A DNA stretch of 64,000 nt from Escherichia phage TH12: the sequence record MT446390.1. One strand, written 5' to 3'. The translations under genes and the position numbers were made by a program. Shown in pieces: positions 49,368 through 59,883 of the stretch. Every line of letters starts with the position of its first letter. Position 1 is the first letter of the stretch. The notes beneath the pieces were generated by a model that ran no database searches, was not told where the DNA came from, and saw nothing but the letters and a program-made list of their open reading frames with translations.

Positions 49368-51140
49368 TTAATTAACACCGGTGGCATGGAAAATTCCAGG
49401 AGCCGTTGTACTTGTTACAGGGGTCATATTCTGGACTACGGTATTCTTTTTGACGACATTATTTGTGTTACTAATCGCCGCTACCGGTTGCTGTTGTTTA
49501 GATTCAGAAGCACGTCCTTTCTCTATTGACTGAACTTGTTTTGCTTCCGGAGATTTAGTCGAAGATTCAGGCTTAACTGTTGTCTGAGCCTTTTTGGCTT
49601 CAGCCATTTTATTATTTAGCTTTTCAAATCTAGCATCTATTTCCTTTTTAACAACAGGAGTTTTATTAAGTTCAGGGTCTTTAATAAGTTTACTTAAATC
49701 AGCATAAGACTTCTCGACGTTTTTAGCATTTTCCGGATTAGTCATATCGATTTTATCGATATAATCCTCAAATCTAACCAGTGCAGCACGAGTTTCATTC
49801 GCTTTTATATACGCCTCTTTACGTTCCTCTTCAGGTAACTCTTTTAATTTTGCTGATTCCGCAGCGCGCTCATCACTTGTACTAAACTCTTCTTTATTGT
49901 CGTTACCACGAACCCAGTTAGTAACGAATGTTTTGCCGCGTTGTAACATATCAAGACCTTTAGAAACGGTTCCTAATTCCCCGTCGTCACGCTTCATTTG
50001 ATATTTAGCGACTTTCTCTTGGTCTTCTTTCTTTAATTTGTTCCCAGTAGTTTCTTGGAATCCTTCTAAAGCACGTCCTTCTATTTCGTCTGCGGTATCA
50101 CCAAAACCTATAGCACGCAATATAGACGCGGAGAGTTTAGCCATTCCTAATTGAATTAGTTCACCTAAGTTCATTAATGCTGTTCCTACACCTTTGACAA
50201 TAGCAACGGTTAAACCACCCCAGTCTCCGGCTTCCCACAATTGTTTTATCGAGTCAATAGAAGTGAATATATCACTTAAGAATTTACCCCACTCTTTAGC
50301 TTCATCGGAGAATTTAGTAAAGTTTTCATCAAATAAATCCCAGGCAGAAGTGAACTTGTCTGTCCAATATTTGAAATGGACTATCAATAAATCAATACCG
50401 ATAACAATACCAAGAATAAGTGCGGCCATTTTTGCTGCTTCAATAGCAGCCGTTATAGTGTATTTGAAAAGCATTCCAGCAATTCTGTCTGAAATTGATA
50501 TTGATTTATTAAACCCGGTTTGAACTGTTTTAGTGAGCATTGCAATTTTATCGCTCAATTTAAAGCTAATACCGCCTTTAGAATCGGAAGTAGAATTAGC
50601 ACTTTCTTGAACCGGTGCTGGGAAGAAATCTTCGTCTGGCTTATTATCAATCTTTTCAGGTGTAGGTAATGCTTTAAACAACTCATCAGAAGTTTCGTTC
50701 TCAACCACTTTAACAGGTATTGCGTTCTCAATTACTTCAAGAGAGGTGCCTCCTGTATTTTGAATAGCGGTAGATGTTTGTAATTTTTGCTCTAATAATG
50801 TAGCTAATCGGTCTAACTTAGAGCTTATTGCACTAGAAACTTCATTTATACTTTTAGTGACTTCAGTTTGTTTTTCAATAACTTCTGCGATAAGCTCTGT
50901 GCCTTCAGCAGTATTATCTGTCGAATTCTTTAAGTCTCCAATTGATTCAATAATTCCATTGCCTTTATCTTCTACACTTTGTGATGTGAGTTCAGACGCG
51001 GCTTGGACATCGTCTAGTTTTGATGAAATGTCATTCAATGCTTCTAACGAATCGGTAGCTGCTGTTGCAGCTACTTTTTGTGGTTTATTATCGGCAATGA
51101 CCTTATTTCTACGCATGGATTTCATTTCTTCAGGTTTCAT
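49368..51140 (-). CDS. 29: tail length tape measure / baseplate hub protein gp29
   Basis: 590 aa (T4 gp29 590 aa); extended alpha-helical, low-complexity segments. Confidence 0.85.
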   Translation of the reverse strand: MKPEEMKSMRRNKVIADNKPQKVAATAATDSLEALNDISSKLDDVQAASELTSQSVEDKGNGIIESIGDLKNSTDNTAEGTELIAEVIEKQTEVTKSINEVSSAISSKLDRLATLLEQKLQTSTAIQNTGGTSLEVIENAIPVKVVENETSDELFKALPTPEKIDNKPDEDFFPAPVQESANSTSDSKGGISFKLSDKIAMLTKTVQTGFNKSISISDRIAGMLFKYTITAAIEAAKMAALILGIVIGIDLLIVHFKYWTDKFTSAWDLFDENFTKFSDEAKEWGKFLSDIFTSIDSIKQLWEAGDWGGLTVAIVKGVGTALMNLGELIQLGMAKLSASILRAIGFGDTADEIEGRALEGFQETTGNKLKKEDQEKVAKYQMKRDDGELGTVSKGLDMLQRGKTFVTNWVRGNDNKEEFSTSDERAAESAKLKELPEEERKEAYIKANETRAALVRFEDYIDKIDMTNPENAKNVEKSYADLSKLIKDPELNKTPVVKKEIDARFEKLNNKMAEAKKAQTTVKPESSTKSPEAKQVQSIEKGRASESKQQQPVAAISNTNNVVKKNTVVQNMTPVTSTTAPGIFHATGVN

Positions 51141-51670
51141 TCAAGCAATCCAATAATTTCTGCTATACCCTTAATAGGGCCATTAGGGCCTGGAATAGCA
51201 ATGGTTGTCGAAAGGTCTTCTGCCCATTTGATTACAAAAGCAGGCATCTCAAGGAAAGAAATTTCTTTCTCTTCGTCATTAACTTTTATTAAGCAATTTG
51301 ATAGCATTTCACTGATTGTAGCGAATTGTTCAAATTTGCCTGGGGGTCTAAAATAAAAAGTATTACCTTGAAATTGGAATTCTGTTCGTTGGCATACATA
51401 GACGTCATCTAGTTTATAAGTGAATCCATCTTTTTCAACTTCAGACTTAAGTTTGTTATTAAATTCCAATATGTGTAGACATGCAAAATCAAAATCTGCC
51501 GGACTCATATTTTTACAAATAGAATCAGCTAAGATTTTCATGTTTTCGTCAGGACCTTTAACGTCCTTTAAAAGATTATAATGTTTGAGCCCTAATTTGG
51601 GAATCATTACCTTTTTATTAGACTGTGGTAGAATTATTTTCTTTAGAGGTAGAATCAGATTTAAGTTCAT
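51137..51670 (-). CDS. 28: baseplate distal hub subunit gp28
   Basis: 177 aa (T4 gp28 177 aa); 5' region overlaps gene 27 by 53 nt. Confidence 0.8.
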   Translation of the reverse strand: MNLNLILPLKKIILPQSNKKVMIPKLGLKHYNLLKDVKGPDENMKILADSICKNMSPADFDFACLHILEFNNKLKSEVEKDGFTYKLDDVYVCQRTEFQFQGNTFYFRPPGKFEQFATISEMLSNCLIKVNDEEKEISFLEMPAFVIKWAEDLSTTIAIPGPNGPIKGIAEIIGLLE

Positions 51671-52790
51671 TTTTAACCTTAACTGGGTTAACAGGTTCTA
51701 ACACCATTGAGTTGGTAAACATGTACAGATGAGTTTGTGAGTTGTTATTTGATAACTCATGAATAACTTCATCCACGTAAAATTCGGATTTGAATTGGTT
51801 CTTTTGGTCAACAAATATAATTTTAGTAGCAGGCGTTATGTTAAAATTGCCTGTAGTAGTGCATTTAGCATAACCGTCGTATTGAGCCATTGTCTGAAGA
51901 CGACTTGCTTCTTCAAATCCATTACGATAGGTCATTTCAGAATATCCACCAGATCTTGACACAAGAATAGCATTATCACCATCACCTGTAACAATAACCG
52001 GAATAGATGTATCTAAAAATGAATGGGCGAATATTGTGGCGTTTTTAATAGGGTCTCTTGTAAATTGGTTGGCTTTAGTCATCCAGGTAAAATCCCATAC
52101 TAATGGATACTCAAGCTCTTGAATATACTGACCTACGGTATTTGGCTCACCTACAATCATCTTAATGCCTTCCTGACCAATAAGAGTATCATAGTCAATC
52201 ATGTTTACGCCTAAAATATCTTGCCATACGAATACGAACTTATCACTCGCTGTAGCAAGTCCTAATTCTCTGACATATGCCAAATAATCATCAAATGTGC
52301 TTGTCCAAGGAATATCAGGAACATAAGCATTAATAGTGTTTATTGGCGGAGTAATTAACGTACGGTCTTTGTATATGACACCTAGCATTTCACGTATAGA
52401 TTCGCCTGCGTCTGGGAAGAATGGTCGCCCAAATTTAAGGTTCTCTATAGAATGTATTGTTCCAAGCTCAATTGCAATAATATTGTCACCTTTTGAGTCC
52501 ACAGACACAGAATAATGTCTACATCCGTAAATTCGAGTTCTAACTTGGAGAGGTGTGTTTGAATTTGAAACAGAGATTTGGACTATCTGTCTACCATCCA
52601 TTTTAGTGTGGATGTTTTTAGTGTCATAAAATTGAAGAATCCCTTCATTTCTTCCATATAGTGAATCTCGCATGGTTAAAGTTGTTATTGTTGCCGCGAG
52701 TTCAACGTATCTATTTTCTTGCCAAGCCGAATAATCTTGATATAATTTAACGCTTAAGTTAGGATATCCTGGACGTTGGAATACTGTCAT
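51618..52790 (-). CDS. 27: baseplate hub subunit gp27
   Basis: 390 aa (T4 gp27 391 aa). Confidence 0.85.
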   Translation of the reverse strand: MTVFQRPGYPNLSVKLYQDYSAWQENRYVELAATITTLTMRDSLYGRNEGILQFYDTKNIHTKMDGRQIVQISVSNSNTPLQVRTRIYGCRHYSVSVDSKGDNIIAIELGTIHSIENLKFGRPFFPDAGESIREMLGVIYKDRTLITPPINTINAYVPDIPWTSTFDDYLAYVRELGLATASDKFVFVWQDILGVNMIDYDTLIGQEGIKMIVGEPNTVGQYIQELEYPLVWDFTWMTKANQFTRDPIKNATIFAHSFLDTSIPVIVTGDGDNAILVSRSGGYSEMTYRNGFEEASRLQTMAQYDGYAKCTTTGNFNITPATKIIFVDQKNQFKSEFYVDEVIHELSNNNSQTHLYMFTNSMVLEPVNPVKVKNELKSDSTSKENNSTTV

Positions 52791-53539
52791 TTTTTATGGT
52801 CCTTTTCTACTAATGTTAAAGCAATACCACGTTCAACAGGAATCATTTGCATAATAGAATCCAATGTGTATTGACTCTTTACTAGTGAATGGTTTATCTG
52901 ATAGAATGTAAAAATCTCATCAGGGTTAACTAACAATTTAAAAACCTCTAAGATATCAGTATATGTTTTAACATGACGTTCACAACAACCTAATCTAAGG
53001 GTCAAATTAATAGGATTCATAGAAGCAATAACCTTCTCGAGCGAGTCAATGTCTATTGCTTCTATTACTTGGATTTGGTTCTCTTCAGTCAAATCATTCC
53101 ATGGGTACCATTCATCATTATAATATATTTCTTTTATGTTTTCACTTATCATTAATGCCTTGTTGTCATAAAACTTTTCAGGGAAAGAAAAACGTATTTT
53201 TATACCAGCAACATCGAGTTCAGGTTCGACTAGTTCTTTTTGATATATCTCAAATGGTGCAGTTTTTTCTTTAGAGCATTTAGGGCAAGTGAAAATAACG
53301 GGAATTTTTGTTTTGCCTATAGAGCCTGCAAAAACTTGCAGGAATATAAATGGTTGCCATGTTTTAGGGTACTCGCCAAAATAATCATCAATCAGATCGG
53401 CAATTATTTCTTTTTGTTCTTGCGGCGAACGATGTTCGATATCATTTCTAACTAGTAAAAAGTCTCTATAATCCGCCACAGTGAACGGCTTAAAACGATG
53501 AACACCATCCGGTAATTTACAACGAATTATATTAGCCAT
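52787..53539 (-). CDS. 51: baseplate hub assembly catalyst gp51
   Basis: 250 aa (T4 gp51 249 aa). Confidence 0.8.
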   Translation of the reverse strand: MANIIRCKLPDGVHRFKPFTVADYRDFLLVRNDIEHRSPQEQKEIIADLIDDYFGEYPKTWQPFIFLQVFAGSIGKTKIPVIFTCPKCSKEKTAPFEIYQKELVEPELDVAGIKIRFSFPEKFYDNKALMISENIKEIYYNDEWYPWNDLTEENQIQVIEAIDIDSLEKVIASMNPINLTLRLGCCERHVKTYTDILEVFKLLVNPDEIFTFYQINHSLVKSQYTLDSIMQMIPVERGIALTLVEKDHKK

Positions 53540-53555
53540 AATTACTCCTTTTCTA

Positions 53556-53567
53556 TTATTTATAAAT
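53556..53567. promoter_or_regulatory. palindromic divergent late promoter TATTTATAAATA (TATAAATA on both strands) for genes 51 and 26
   Basis: The 12-mer is its own reverse complement and sits between divergent late genes, ~20 nt from each RBS. Confidence 0.5.
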
Positions 53568-53586
53568 ACACAATAAAGGAGTTAAC

Positions 53587-54213
53587 ATGTACAAATATAC
53601 GTTTACCGTACGTTTAGGCGATAAAGAAGTGAATTGTAGAGCCTTTACTTTAAAAGAATATTTAGGGCTCATAGGTGCTCGGGCTACTGGTACTATTGAA
53701 TCAGCAGTGAACAATATTATCACTAATTGCTCTAATGCTAAAAACTTGACTAAACAAGAAGCCGAGCTATTGTTGGTAAATCTGTGGGCACATTCATTAG
53801 GTGAAGTGAATCAAGAACACACCTGGAATTGTTCCTGTGGGCATTCATTTCAAGTCTATATGAATTTATTGCACACTCAATTAGATGAACAGGCCGATCC
53901 CTGGTATTCGTTCAGCGGTATTAAAATTAAGTTCCGTCAACCTAAATTATTTGATGATAAAAATATCGCATTAATGATTGCTTCATGTATTGAGGCCGTT
54001 TTTGTCAATGGTGAGTCCATCCCTGTTGAAGATTTAACTGAAGCAGAAATAAACGACCTTTACGGCCTTATAACAGAAGATGACATGATCAATATTAAAA
54101 ATCTTTTGGTATCGCCATCAATTTATCTGGCAACCCCTATTAAATGTCCCAAATGTGGGGCGTCACACGTTCACACAATACGAGGCCTCAAAGAATTCTT
54201 TGAGTTACTATAA
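53587..54213 (+). CDS. 26: baseplate hub subunit gp26
   Basis: 208 aa (T4 gp26 208 aa). Confidence 0.8.
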   Translation: MYKYTFTVRLGDKEVNCRAFTLKEYLGLIGARATGTIESAVNNIITNCSNAKNLTKQEAELLLVNLWAHSLGEVNQEHTWNCSCGHSFQVYMNLLHTQLDEQADPWYSFSGIKIKFRQPKLFDDKNIALMIASCIEAVFVNGESIPVEDLTEAEINDLYGLITEDDMINIKNLLVSPSIYLATPIKCPKCGASHVHTIRGLKEFFELL

Positions 54214-54611
54214 TGTCTAATATCAATAAACTTTATTCAGATATCGACCCAGAAATGCGTATGGATTGGAACAAGGACGTTGCTCGTTCTGTAGGACTTC
54301 GTTCTATTAAAAATAGTCTTCTCGGCATAGTGACAACTAGAAAAGGCTCACGCCCCTTCGACCCTGAATTTGGATGCGATTTGGTTGATGAACTTTTCGA
54401 GAATATGACACCACTTACAGCCGATACGATTGAGCGTAATATCCAGGCAGCTGTTCGTAACTATGAGCCACGCATCGACAAACTTTCTGTAAGTGTAACG
54501 CCAGTATATGACGACTATACGGTTATAGTAGAGATTAGATTTTCGGTCGTAGACAACCCTGACGATATTGAACAAATTAAACTTCAGTTAGCGTCAAGCA
54601 ATAGAGTGTAA
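54213..54611 (+). CDS. 25: baseplate wedge subunit gp25
   Basis: 132 aa (T4 gp25 132 aa); GPW/gp25-family pattern. Confidence 0.85.
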   Translation: MSNINKLYSDIDPEMRMDWNKDVARSVGLRSIKNSLLGIVTTRKGSRPFDPEFGCDLVDELFENMTPLTADTIERNIQAAVRNYEPRIDKLSVSVTPVYDDYTVIVEIRFSVVDNPDDIEQIKLQLASSNRV

Positions 54612-54691
54612 TGCTTCAAGGCAACCTATGTATAATGGTTTTAGGTCCTTCCGATACAGCCGGGAGATTATTAGTTAAAAGAGAGAACATT

Positions 54692-55105
54692 ATGAAGCTG
54701 GAAGATTTACAGGAAGAGTTAGACGCAGACTTAGCTATTGATACGACAAAGTTGCAATATGAGACGGCGAATAATGTTAAGTTATACAGCAAATGGCTAC
54801 GTAAGCACTCATTTATTCGTAAAGAAATGTTGCGTATAGAGACTCAGAAGAAAACTGCTCTAAAAGCAAGATTAGACTACTACTCGGGACGAGGTGACGG
54901 TGATGAATTCAGTATGGACCGATACGAGAAATCTGAAATGAAAACTGTCTTGGCTGCAGATAAAGACGTGCTTAAAATAGAGACTACTTTACAATACTGG
55001 GGAATTTTACTTGAGTTCTGTAGTGGTGCACTTGACGCAGTTAAGTCTCGTAGTTTTGCACTTAAACATATCCAGGATATGCGAGAATTTGAAGCGGGGC
55101 AATAA
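54692..55105 (+). CDS. uvsY: recombination mediator UvsY
   Basis: 137 aa from ATG 54692 with RBS AAAGAGAG (ORF track starts at an upstream in-frame ATG); T4 UvsY is 137 aa. Confidence 0.85.
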   Translation: MKLEDLQEELDADLAIDTTKLQYETANNVKLYSKWLRKHSFIRKEMLRIETQKKTALKARLDYYSGRGDGDEFSMDRYEKSEMKTVLAADKDVLKIETTLQYWGILLEFCSGALDAVKSRSFALKHIQDMREFEAGQ

Positions 55106-55329
55106 TGCGTTATTCAATTGAAGATGCCTTTAATAATGATGAAGAATTTGAAACAGAAATTAAATTCTTAATGGAAAAGTATCGTCTACGACGTCAGGAT
55201 ATTCGTATCCTGGCAGACCACCCTTGTGGTGAAGACGTCCTTTATATTAAAGGGAAGTTTGCTGGGTATATCGACGAGTATTTTTATACAAAAGATATGG
55301 GTATCGATATGTGCATGCGAGTGGTATAA
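55105..55329 (+). CDS. hypothetical protein (74 aa), uvsY.-1 position
   Basis: Coupled ORF after uvsY. Confidence 0.55.
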   Translation: MRYSIEDAFNNDEEFETEIKFLMEKYRLRRQDIRILADHPCGEDVLYIKGKFAGYIDEYFYTKDMGIDMCMRVV

Positions 55330-55361
55330 ATAGATATGTAATTTCAACTTAGGAGGCAATC

Positions 55362-55529
55362 ATGTCAGATAAGATTTGTGTTGTCTGTAAAACTCCAATC
55401 GATTCTGCATTGGTTGTTGAAACAGACAAAGGTCCAGCACATCCTGGTCCTTGTTATAATTATGTCCAACAATTGCCGGTTTCAGAAAGTTCAGAAGAGC
55501 AATTGAACGAAACCCAACTTTTACTATAG
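55362..55529 (+). CDS. small Cys-containing protein (55 aa), uvsY.-2 position; not in ORF track
   Basis: Strong RBS AGGAGG 6 nt upstream of ATG; MSDKICVVCKTPIDS...; preferred over antisense ORF 55360..55566. Confidence 0.5.
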   Translation: MSDKICVVCKTPIDSALVVETDKGPAHPGPCYNYVQQLPVSESSEEQLNETQLLL

Positions 55530-55550
55530 TGTTACCTTTTTTGCCTATGG

Positions 55551-55585
55551 TTTTTGGCCCTTCCAAAAAGGTCGGGCCTTTTTTT
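55551..55585. terminator. bidirectional terminator between convergent uvsY.-2 and uvsW.1
   Basis: GGCCC...GGGCC hairpin flanked by T5 upstream and T7 downstream. Confidence 0.5.
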
Positions 55586-55587
55586 AA

Positions 55588-55821
55588 TTAGAAGTCTTCT
55601 TCCTCATCCTCATCATCGTCGCCTTCAAGTTCGGCGCGCTTACCTGCTAAGGCATCCCTGACAGAAATATCATCTGTATCTTTTAATTCCGTTTCTTTTA
55701 TACGTTTCTTATAATAAGCTTCCAATTCTTCAAGCCCTTCTAAGGTATGACAACTAGCAATTTTACCCATGAATTCGTCAATAGATGCTTCGTATAAAAA
55801 TTGTTTAAATTCAAGTACCAT
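55588..55821 (-). CDS. uvsW.1: UvsW.1 (small acidic partner of UvsW helicase)
   Basis: 77 aa acidic protein immediately downstream of uvsW on the minus strand. Confidence 0.7.
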   Translation of the reverse strand: MVLEFKQFLYEASIDEFMGKIASCHTLEGLEELEAYYKKRIKETELKDTDDISVRDALAGKRAELEGDDDEDEEEDF

Positions 55822-55846
55822 TTTTATCTCCTAAGGGCCGAAGCCC

Positions 55847-57361
55847 TTATAAATTAATTGTTTTCATTACATAGTTAAATTTCTCATCAGCGTAACGCTG
55901 GATACGATCAATACCGTGTTTTAACAAGTAATTAAGATGAGTATACTTCTTTTTAGTATTTAATGATTTAGGTTTTACACCTGCGTCATCGATGAGATCC
56001 CAAACTGTAGCAACGGCTTTAGAACCATGCTTACGAAGCACACGACCTACTGTTTGAAGTACGATAATTTTTGATTTAACACCATGGGCAAAAATAACAT
56101 GATGAAGATTCTTGACTGAAATACCGGTAGAGAATACTCCATATGATGCGACAATAATAATGCCTTTACCATTTTCTGCCATGACTTTAAGCGCGTTACG
56201 TGTTTCAGTATCAACTTCACCTGATACGTAATAAACTTTTTCGTATCTAAGCTCTTTAATAGCTTCAAATATTTCTTTACCATGTGTAACATGTTTAAAC
56301 ATTACAAAGGCGTTCTCGTCTTTCTTAGCCAATTTGACCGAAAGTTGAGCAATCCACTTTGTACGACGTTTTAGTCCAGTAATAATTTTAACTTCTTCTT
56401 GGTATGTTTTACCTTTTAATTTAACGGTGAATTCGTCCGGATAACGAAGGAAAATACTATTAATCTTAAGCTCAGTTACTTGACCGTCTTCCATTAATTT
56501 AGACGTGCTAACAGGACGGAAGATTTCACCGAACATTCCTACGTACTGCATTACATTGGCTTTTCCGTCTCTTAATGAGCCGGATAAACCGAATTTAAAC
56601 ATGCAATTATTTAATCCTGAGATGATTGAAGAAATACTTTTACCTGTTGCTAAGTGGCATTCATCGTTCATCATCATACCGAACTGAGAGAACCATTCTT
56701 TAGGCTGCTTAACTACCGTTTGCCATGTGCCAACAATAATTGGAGCGTCGTTTTTAGATTTGTCTGCTTTATCAGCACCACCGCCAATTTTCTTAATCAT
56801 CGAATGACTAAACAAGCGATAATCAACAAAATCATTAGCCATCTGGGTTGTCAATGCTGTTGTAGGGACGATAATGAGAATTTTACCTTCATAGTTCTCT
56901 AGATAATATCGAGCTAAAAGTGCTTGGATTAGTGATTTACCTGCTGATGTCGGAAGGTTTAAAATTCGACGACGATTAACTAGTCCTTCATATACTGCAT
57001 CTTTTTGATACCAATGTGGTTCGATTTTGGTGTTGCCCGAATAAATTTCTTGTTTAGAAAGCCATGCGTCAAAATCTTCCCTGGTAAGGTCTTCAGTCTC
57101 AAAGATTTTAGGGTCAATCCATACAGAATAACTCATATTGTTACAGAACTTTTTTATTTGACCTACAAGTCCATATGGTAACAAACGATTGTAATCTAAA
57201 AGTCTAATTCTACCATCCCATTGCCCATAGCGATATTTTGGGTTAAATTTATACCCGTCAGCTTCAAAGCTAAAAAAGTCACGAAGTTCGTAAAACGTAC
57301 TTTCGTCGCATTCAATGCGAACGTGACTAAAATCATGAAAATGTACTTTAATGTCAGTCAT
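55847..57361 (-). CDS. uvsW: UvsW RNA-DNA / DNA helicase (SF2)
   Basis: 504 aa; helicase motifs incl. Walker A (PTSAGKS) and DECH box. Confidence 0.9.
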   Translation of the reverse strand: MTDIKVHFHDFSHVRIECDESTFYELRDFFSFEADGYKFNPKYRYGQWDGRIRLLDYNRLLPYGLVGQIKKFCNNMSYSVWIDPKIFETEDLTREDFDAWLSKQEIYSGNTKIEPHWYQKDAVYEGLVNRRRILNLPTSAGKSLIQALLARYYLENYEGKILIIVPTTALTTQMANDFVDYRLFSHSMIKKIGGGADKADKSKNDAPIIVGTWQTVVKQPKEWFSQFGMMMNDECHLATGKSISSIISGLNNCMFKFGLSGSLRDGKANVMQYVGMFGEIFRPVSTSKLMEDGQVTELKINSIFLRYPDEFTVKLKGKTYQEEVKIITGLKRRTKWIAQLSVKLAKKDENAFVMFKHVTHGKEIFEAIKELRYEKVYYVSGEVDTETRNALKVMAENGKGIIIVASYGVFSTGISVKNLHHVIFAHGVKSKIIVLQTVGRVLRKHGSKAVATVWDLIDDAGVKPKSLNTKKKYTHLNYLLKHGIDRIQRYADEKFNYVMKTINL

Positions 57362-57390
57362 GTCAAATTACCATGTAATAAATATAGTTA

Positions 57391-57398
57391 TATTTATA
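57391..57398 (-). promoter_or_regulatory. late promoter TATAAATA upstream of uvsW
   Basis: Minus-strand TATAAATA 30 nt upstream of the uvsW ATG. Confidence 0.4.
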
Positions 57399-57411
57399 AT
57401 GAGGAAATACT

Positions 57412-58080
57412 ATGATCGATAAAGACTATATTGAAGAGTTACGTGCTCTTTCTGATAAAAAGGAAGCCAAAGCTAAACTGTTTGAATATGCGGAACAATT
57501 TGGCATTAGTGTTAAGAAAACAAAATCATTCGATAATATTGTTATTGATATCGAAGAAGCTCTTAACGCACTGGCTGATGAACCGTTACCTGAAACTGAT
57601 GGATTATCTATCACCGATTTAATTACTGCCGCAGATGATGTGGACGGTGTTAATTTCACCAACGAAGAGGTTAAAGAAGAAGCTATTCTGTTGTTTGATT
57701 CTCCAACAGAACAAGTTGAAGTATTAGAAGTTGTCGAACAAGAAAAAGAATTCGATCATGATAAATTCGAAGAAGCAATTACTCAGGTTGTTGAATCTGA
57801 AAAAGAGCCTGAGTCAGAGGTAAATAAAGAAGTAAAATTTGTTCTGCCTGAAAATTTTAGTCCTACACTCATTAAATTAGGCAAAGGCCCAGGGTATGTT
57901 ACTGTTCCTTGGTGGATTTATCAATGGATAGCCGAAACCCCAGATTGGAAATCTCGCCCAACTAGTTTTGTACATGCTTCTGCTCACCAAACATTATTTA
58001 GCTTAATTTATTATATTAATCGCGAGGGATCAGTTCTAATTCGTGAAACTCGTAATTCTTCTTTCATAACATTAAAATAA
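57412..58080 (+). CDS. hypothetical acidic protein at the position of T4 inh
   Basis: 222 aa, highly acidic, between uvsW and hoc; identity to Inh not verified. Confidence 0.55.
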   Translation: MIDKDYIEELRALSDKKEAKAKLFEYAEQFGISVKKTKSFDNIVIDIEEALNALADEPLPETDGLSITDLITAADDVDGVNFTNEEVKEEAILLFDSPTEQVEVLEVVEQEKEFDHDKFEEAITQVVESEKEPESEVNKEVKFVLPENFSPTLIKLGKGPGYVTVPWWIYQWIAETPDWKSRPTSFVHASAHQTLFSLIYYINREGSVLIRETRNSSFITLK

Positions 58081-58089
58081 GGATAACTT

Positions 58090-59220
58090 ATGGCTTTTAC
58101 AGTTAATATAACTCCTAAAACACCTACTGGAGTTATAGGACAGACTCAGCAGTTTACTGCCACACCTAGTGGTCAGGCTGAAGGTGGAACTATTACATAT
58201 GCTTGGACTGTGGATGGTGTTCCACAAGATGGAGCTGAAGCAACTTTTAGTTATGTACTAAAAGGACCTGCCGGTCAAAAGACTATTAAAGTAGTTGCAA
58301 CAAATACAGTTCCAGAAGCTGAAGTTGAAACAGCAGAAACTACTGCAACTATCACAGTTAAAAATAAAACTCAGACAACTACTCTGGCTATAACTCCTGA
58401 TAGCCCTGCTGCTGGAGTAATCGGAACAGCTGTTAAATTTACTGCGGCTTTAGCTTCTCAACCGTCAGGCGCATCTGCTACGTATCAATGGCACGTTGAC
58501 GGTTCTCCTGTGAGCGAAGCAACTTCTGCTACATTCAATTACACTCCTACCACAAGCGGAGTTAAAACAATTAAGTGTGTGGCTCAAGTATCCGCGACAG
58601 ATTATGATGCAAAGGAAGTTACTTCTAATGAAGTATCATTAACGGTTAATAAGAAGACAATGAATCCACAGGTTACATTGACTCCTCCTTCTATTAACGT
58701 TCAGCAAGATGCTTCAGCTACATTTACCGCTAATGTCACTGATGCTCCAGAAGAAGCGCAAATTGAATATTCATGGAAGAAAGATTCTTCTCCTGTAGAA
58801 GGGTCAACTAATGTATATACCGTTGATACTTCATCTGTTGGAAGTCAAACTATTGAAGTGACTGCCATCGTTACTGCAGATGACTATGATAGCAAAACTA
58901 TTACAGCAGAAGGTCAAGTTCAAGTGACTGATAAAGTTGCTCCGGAACCAGAAGGTGAATTACCTTATGTTCATCCTCTTCCACATCGTACTTCAGCTTA
59001 CATCTGGTGCGGTTGGTGGGTTATGGATGAAATCCAAAAAATGACTGAAGAAGGTAAAGATTGGAAAACTGAAGATCCAGATAGTAAATACTACCTGCAT
59101 CGTTACACTCTTCAGAAGATGATGGAAGACTATCCAGAAGTTGATGTTCAAGAATCACGTAATGGATACGTCATCCATAAAACTGCTTTGGAAACTGGTA
59201 TCATCTATACATATCCATAA
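58090..59220 (+). CDS. hoc: Hoc, highly immunogenic outer capsid protein (tandem Ig-like domains)
   Basis: 376 aa (T4 Hoc 376 aa); internally repeated Ig-like segments TPTGVIGQTQQFTATPSG / SPAAGVIGTAVKFTAAL / PPSINVQQDASATFTANV. Confidence 0.8.
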   Translation: MAFTVNITPKTPTGVIGQTQQFTATPSGQAEGGTITYAWTVDGVPQDGAEATFSYVLKGPAGQKTIKVVATNTVPEAEVETAETTATITVKNKTQTTTLAITPDSPAAGVIGTAVKFTAALASQPSGASATYQWHVDGSPVSEATSATFNYTPTTSGVKTIKCVAQVSATDYDAKEVTSNEVSLTVNKKTMNPQVTLTPPSINVQQDASATFTANVTDAPEEAQIEYSWKKDSSPVEGSTNVYTVDTSSVGSQTIEVTAIVTADDYDSKTITAEGQVQVTDKVAPEPEGELPYVHPLPHRTSAYIWCGWWVMDEIQKMTEEGKDWKTEDPDSKYYLHRYTLQKMMEDYPEVDVQESRNGYVIHKTALETGIIYTYP

Positions 59221-59224
59221 TCGT

Positions 59225-59246
59225 AAGGGGCCTAAGCCCCTTTCTT
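59225..59246 (+). terminator. rho-independent terminator (GGGGC-CTAA-GCCCC + T-rich) after hoc
   Basis: GC hairpin followed by TTTCTT. Confidence 0.55.
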
Positions 59247-59315
59247 CGTTTTTAAAGCATACAAAACACAACTTGAGATTGATGTATATAATGGCACAAA
59301 CCAAATAATACGGGA

Positions 59316-59516
59316 TTGATTATGAGAGCTGAAGTTGAAGTTTATACATTACATGAGGCGGGATTTTCATTCGTAGAAATTGCTCAAAAAATTGGTTTAC
59401 AACCTAAAGAAGTTGGATTACTATGGACTAAAGCCGAGACAGCTCGGTCAAAGTTTAAAGCAAAAGAAAAAGTTGTATACCGTAAACGTTTGATTAACAA
59501 AAAGGTGAAGAAATGA
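59316..59516 (+). CDS. hypothetical protein (66 aa)
   Basis: Small ORF. Confidence 0.5.
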   Translation: MIMRAEVEVYTLHEAGFSFVEIAQKIGLQPKEVGLLWTKAETARSKFKAKEKVVYRKRLINKKVKK

Positions 59517-59764
59517 GTTTTGCACAGGAATTAAGAGAAAGGGCACTGGCCACTAAAGCTAATTTGTTGAGTGATTTTATTACTAACTTCTCTGTGATGG
59601 CAGAGAAAGCCGCTGATAAAGGCCAGACACAATTCACGTACTACCCGTCAAAGAACGATTTAACTATAACTGAACAAGTCGGTCAATGGCTTCGTGATAA
59701 CGGCTTTCAGTATAAAATTAATCACGACCAACGTGATGGGCACTGGATAGAAATCAAGTTCTAA
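59513..59764 (+). CDS. hypothetical protein (83 aa)
   Basis: Coupled ORF. Confidence 0.55.
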   Translation: MSFAQELRERALATKANLLSDFITNFSVMAEKAADKGQTQFTYYPSKNDLTITEQVGQWLRDNGFQYKINHDQRDGHWIEIKF

Positions 59765-59883
59765 TATGCTTTACATTTTTTGATGGTATAATGAATCTAG
59801 GTTCTATCCATTCAAATTAAACATCCGGCCAGAGACAGAGTCTCTGCTAATTATTTTGATATTATTATTTATAATGGTGATTT

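Noticed and set aside
54611-54691. Upstream ATG for uvsY giving a 164-aa product
   Set aside because: The internal ATG at 54692 has an RBS and yields 137 aa as in T4 UvsY; the upstream extension overlaps the gene 25 end and lacks an RBS.
55360-55566. Minus-strand 68-aa ORF between uvsY.-1 and uvsW.1
   Set aside because: The plus-strand ORF 55362..55529 has a canonical AGGAGG RBS and fits the uvsY.-2 position; the antisense frame has no start signals.
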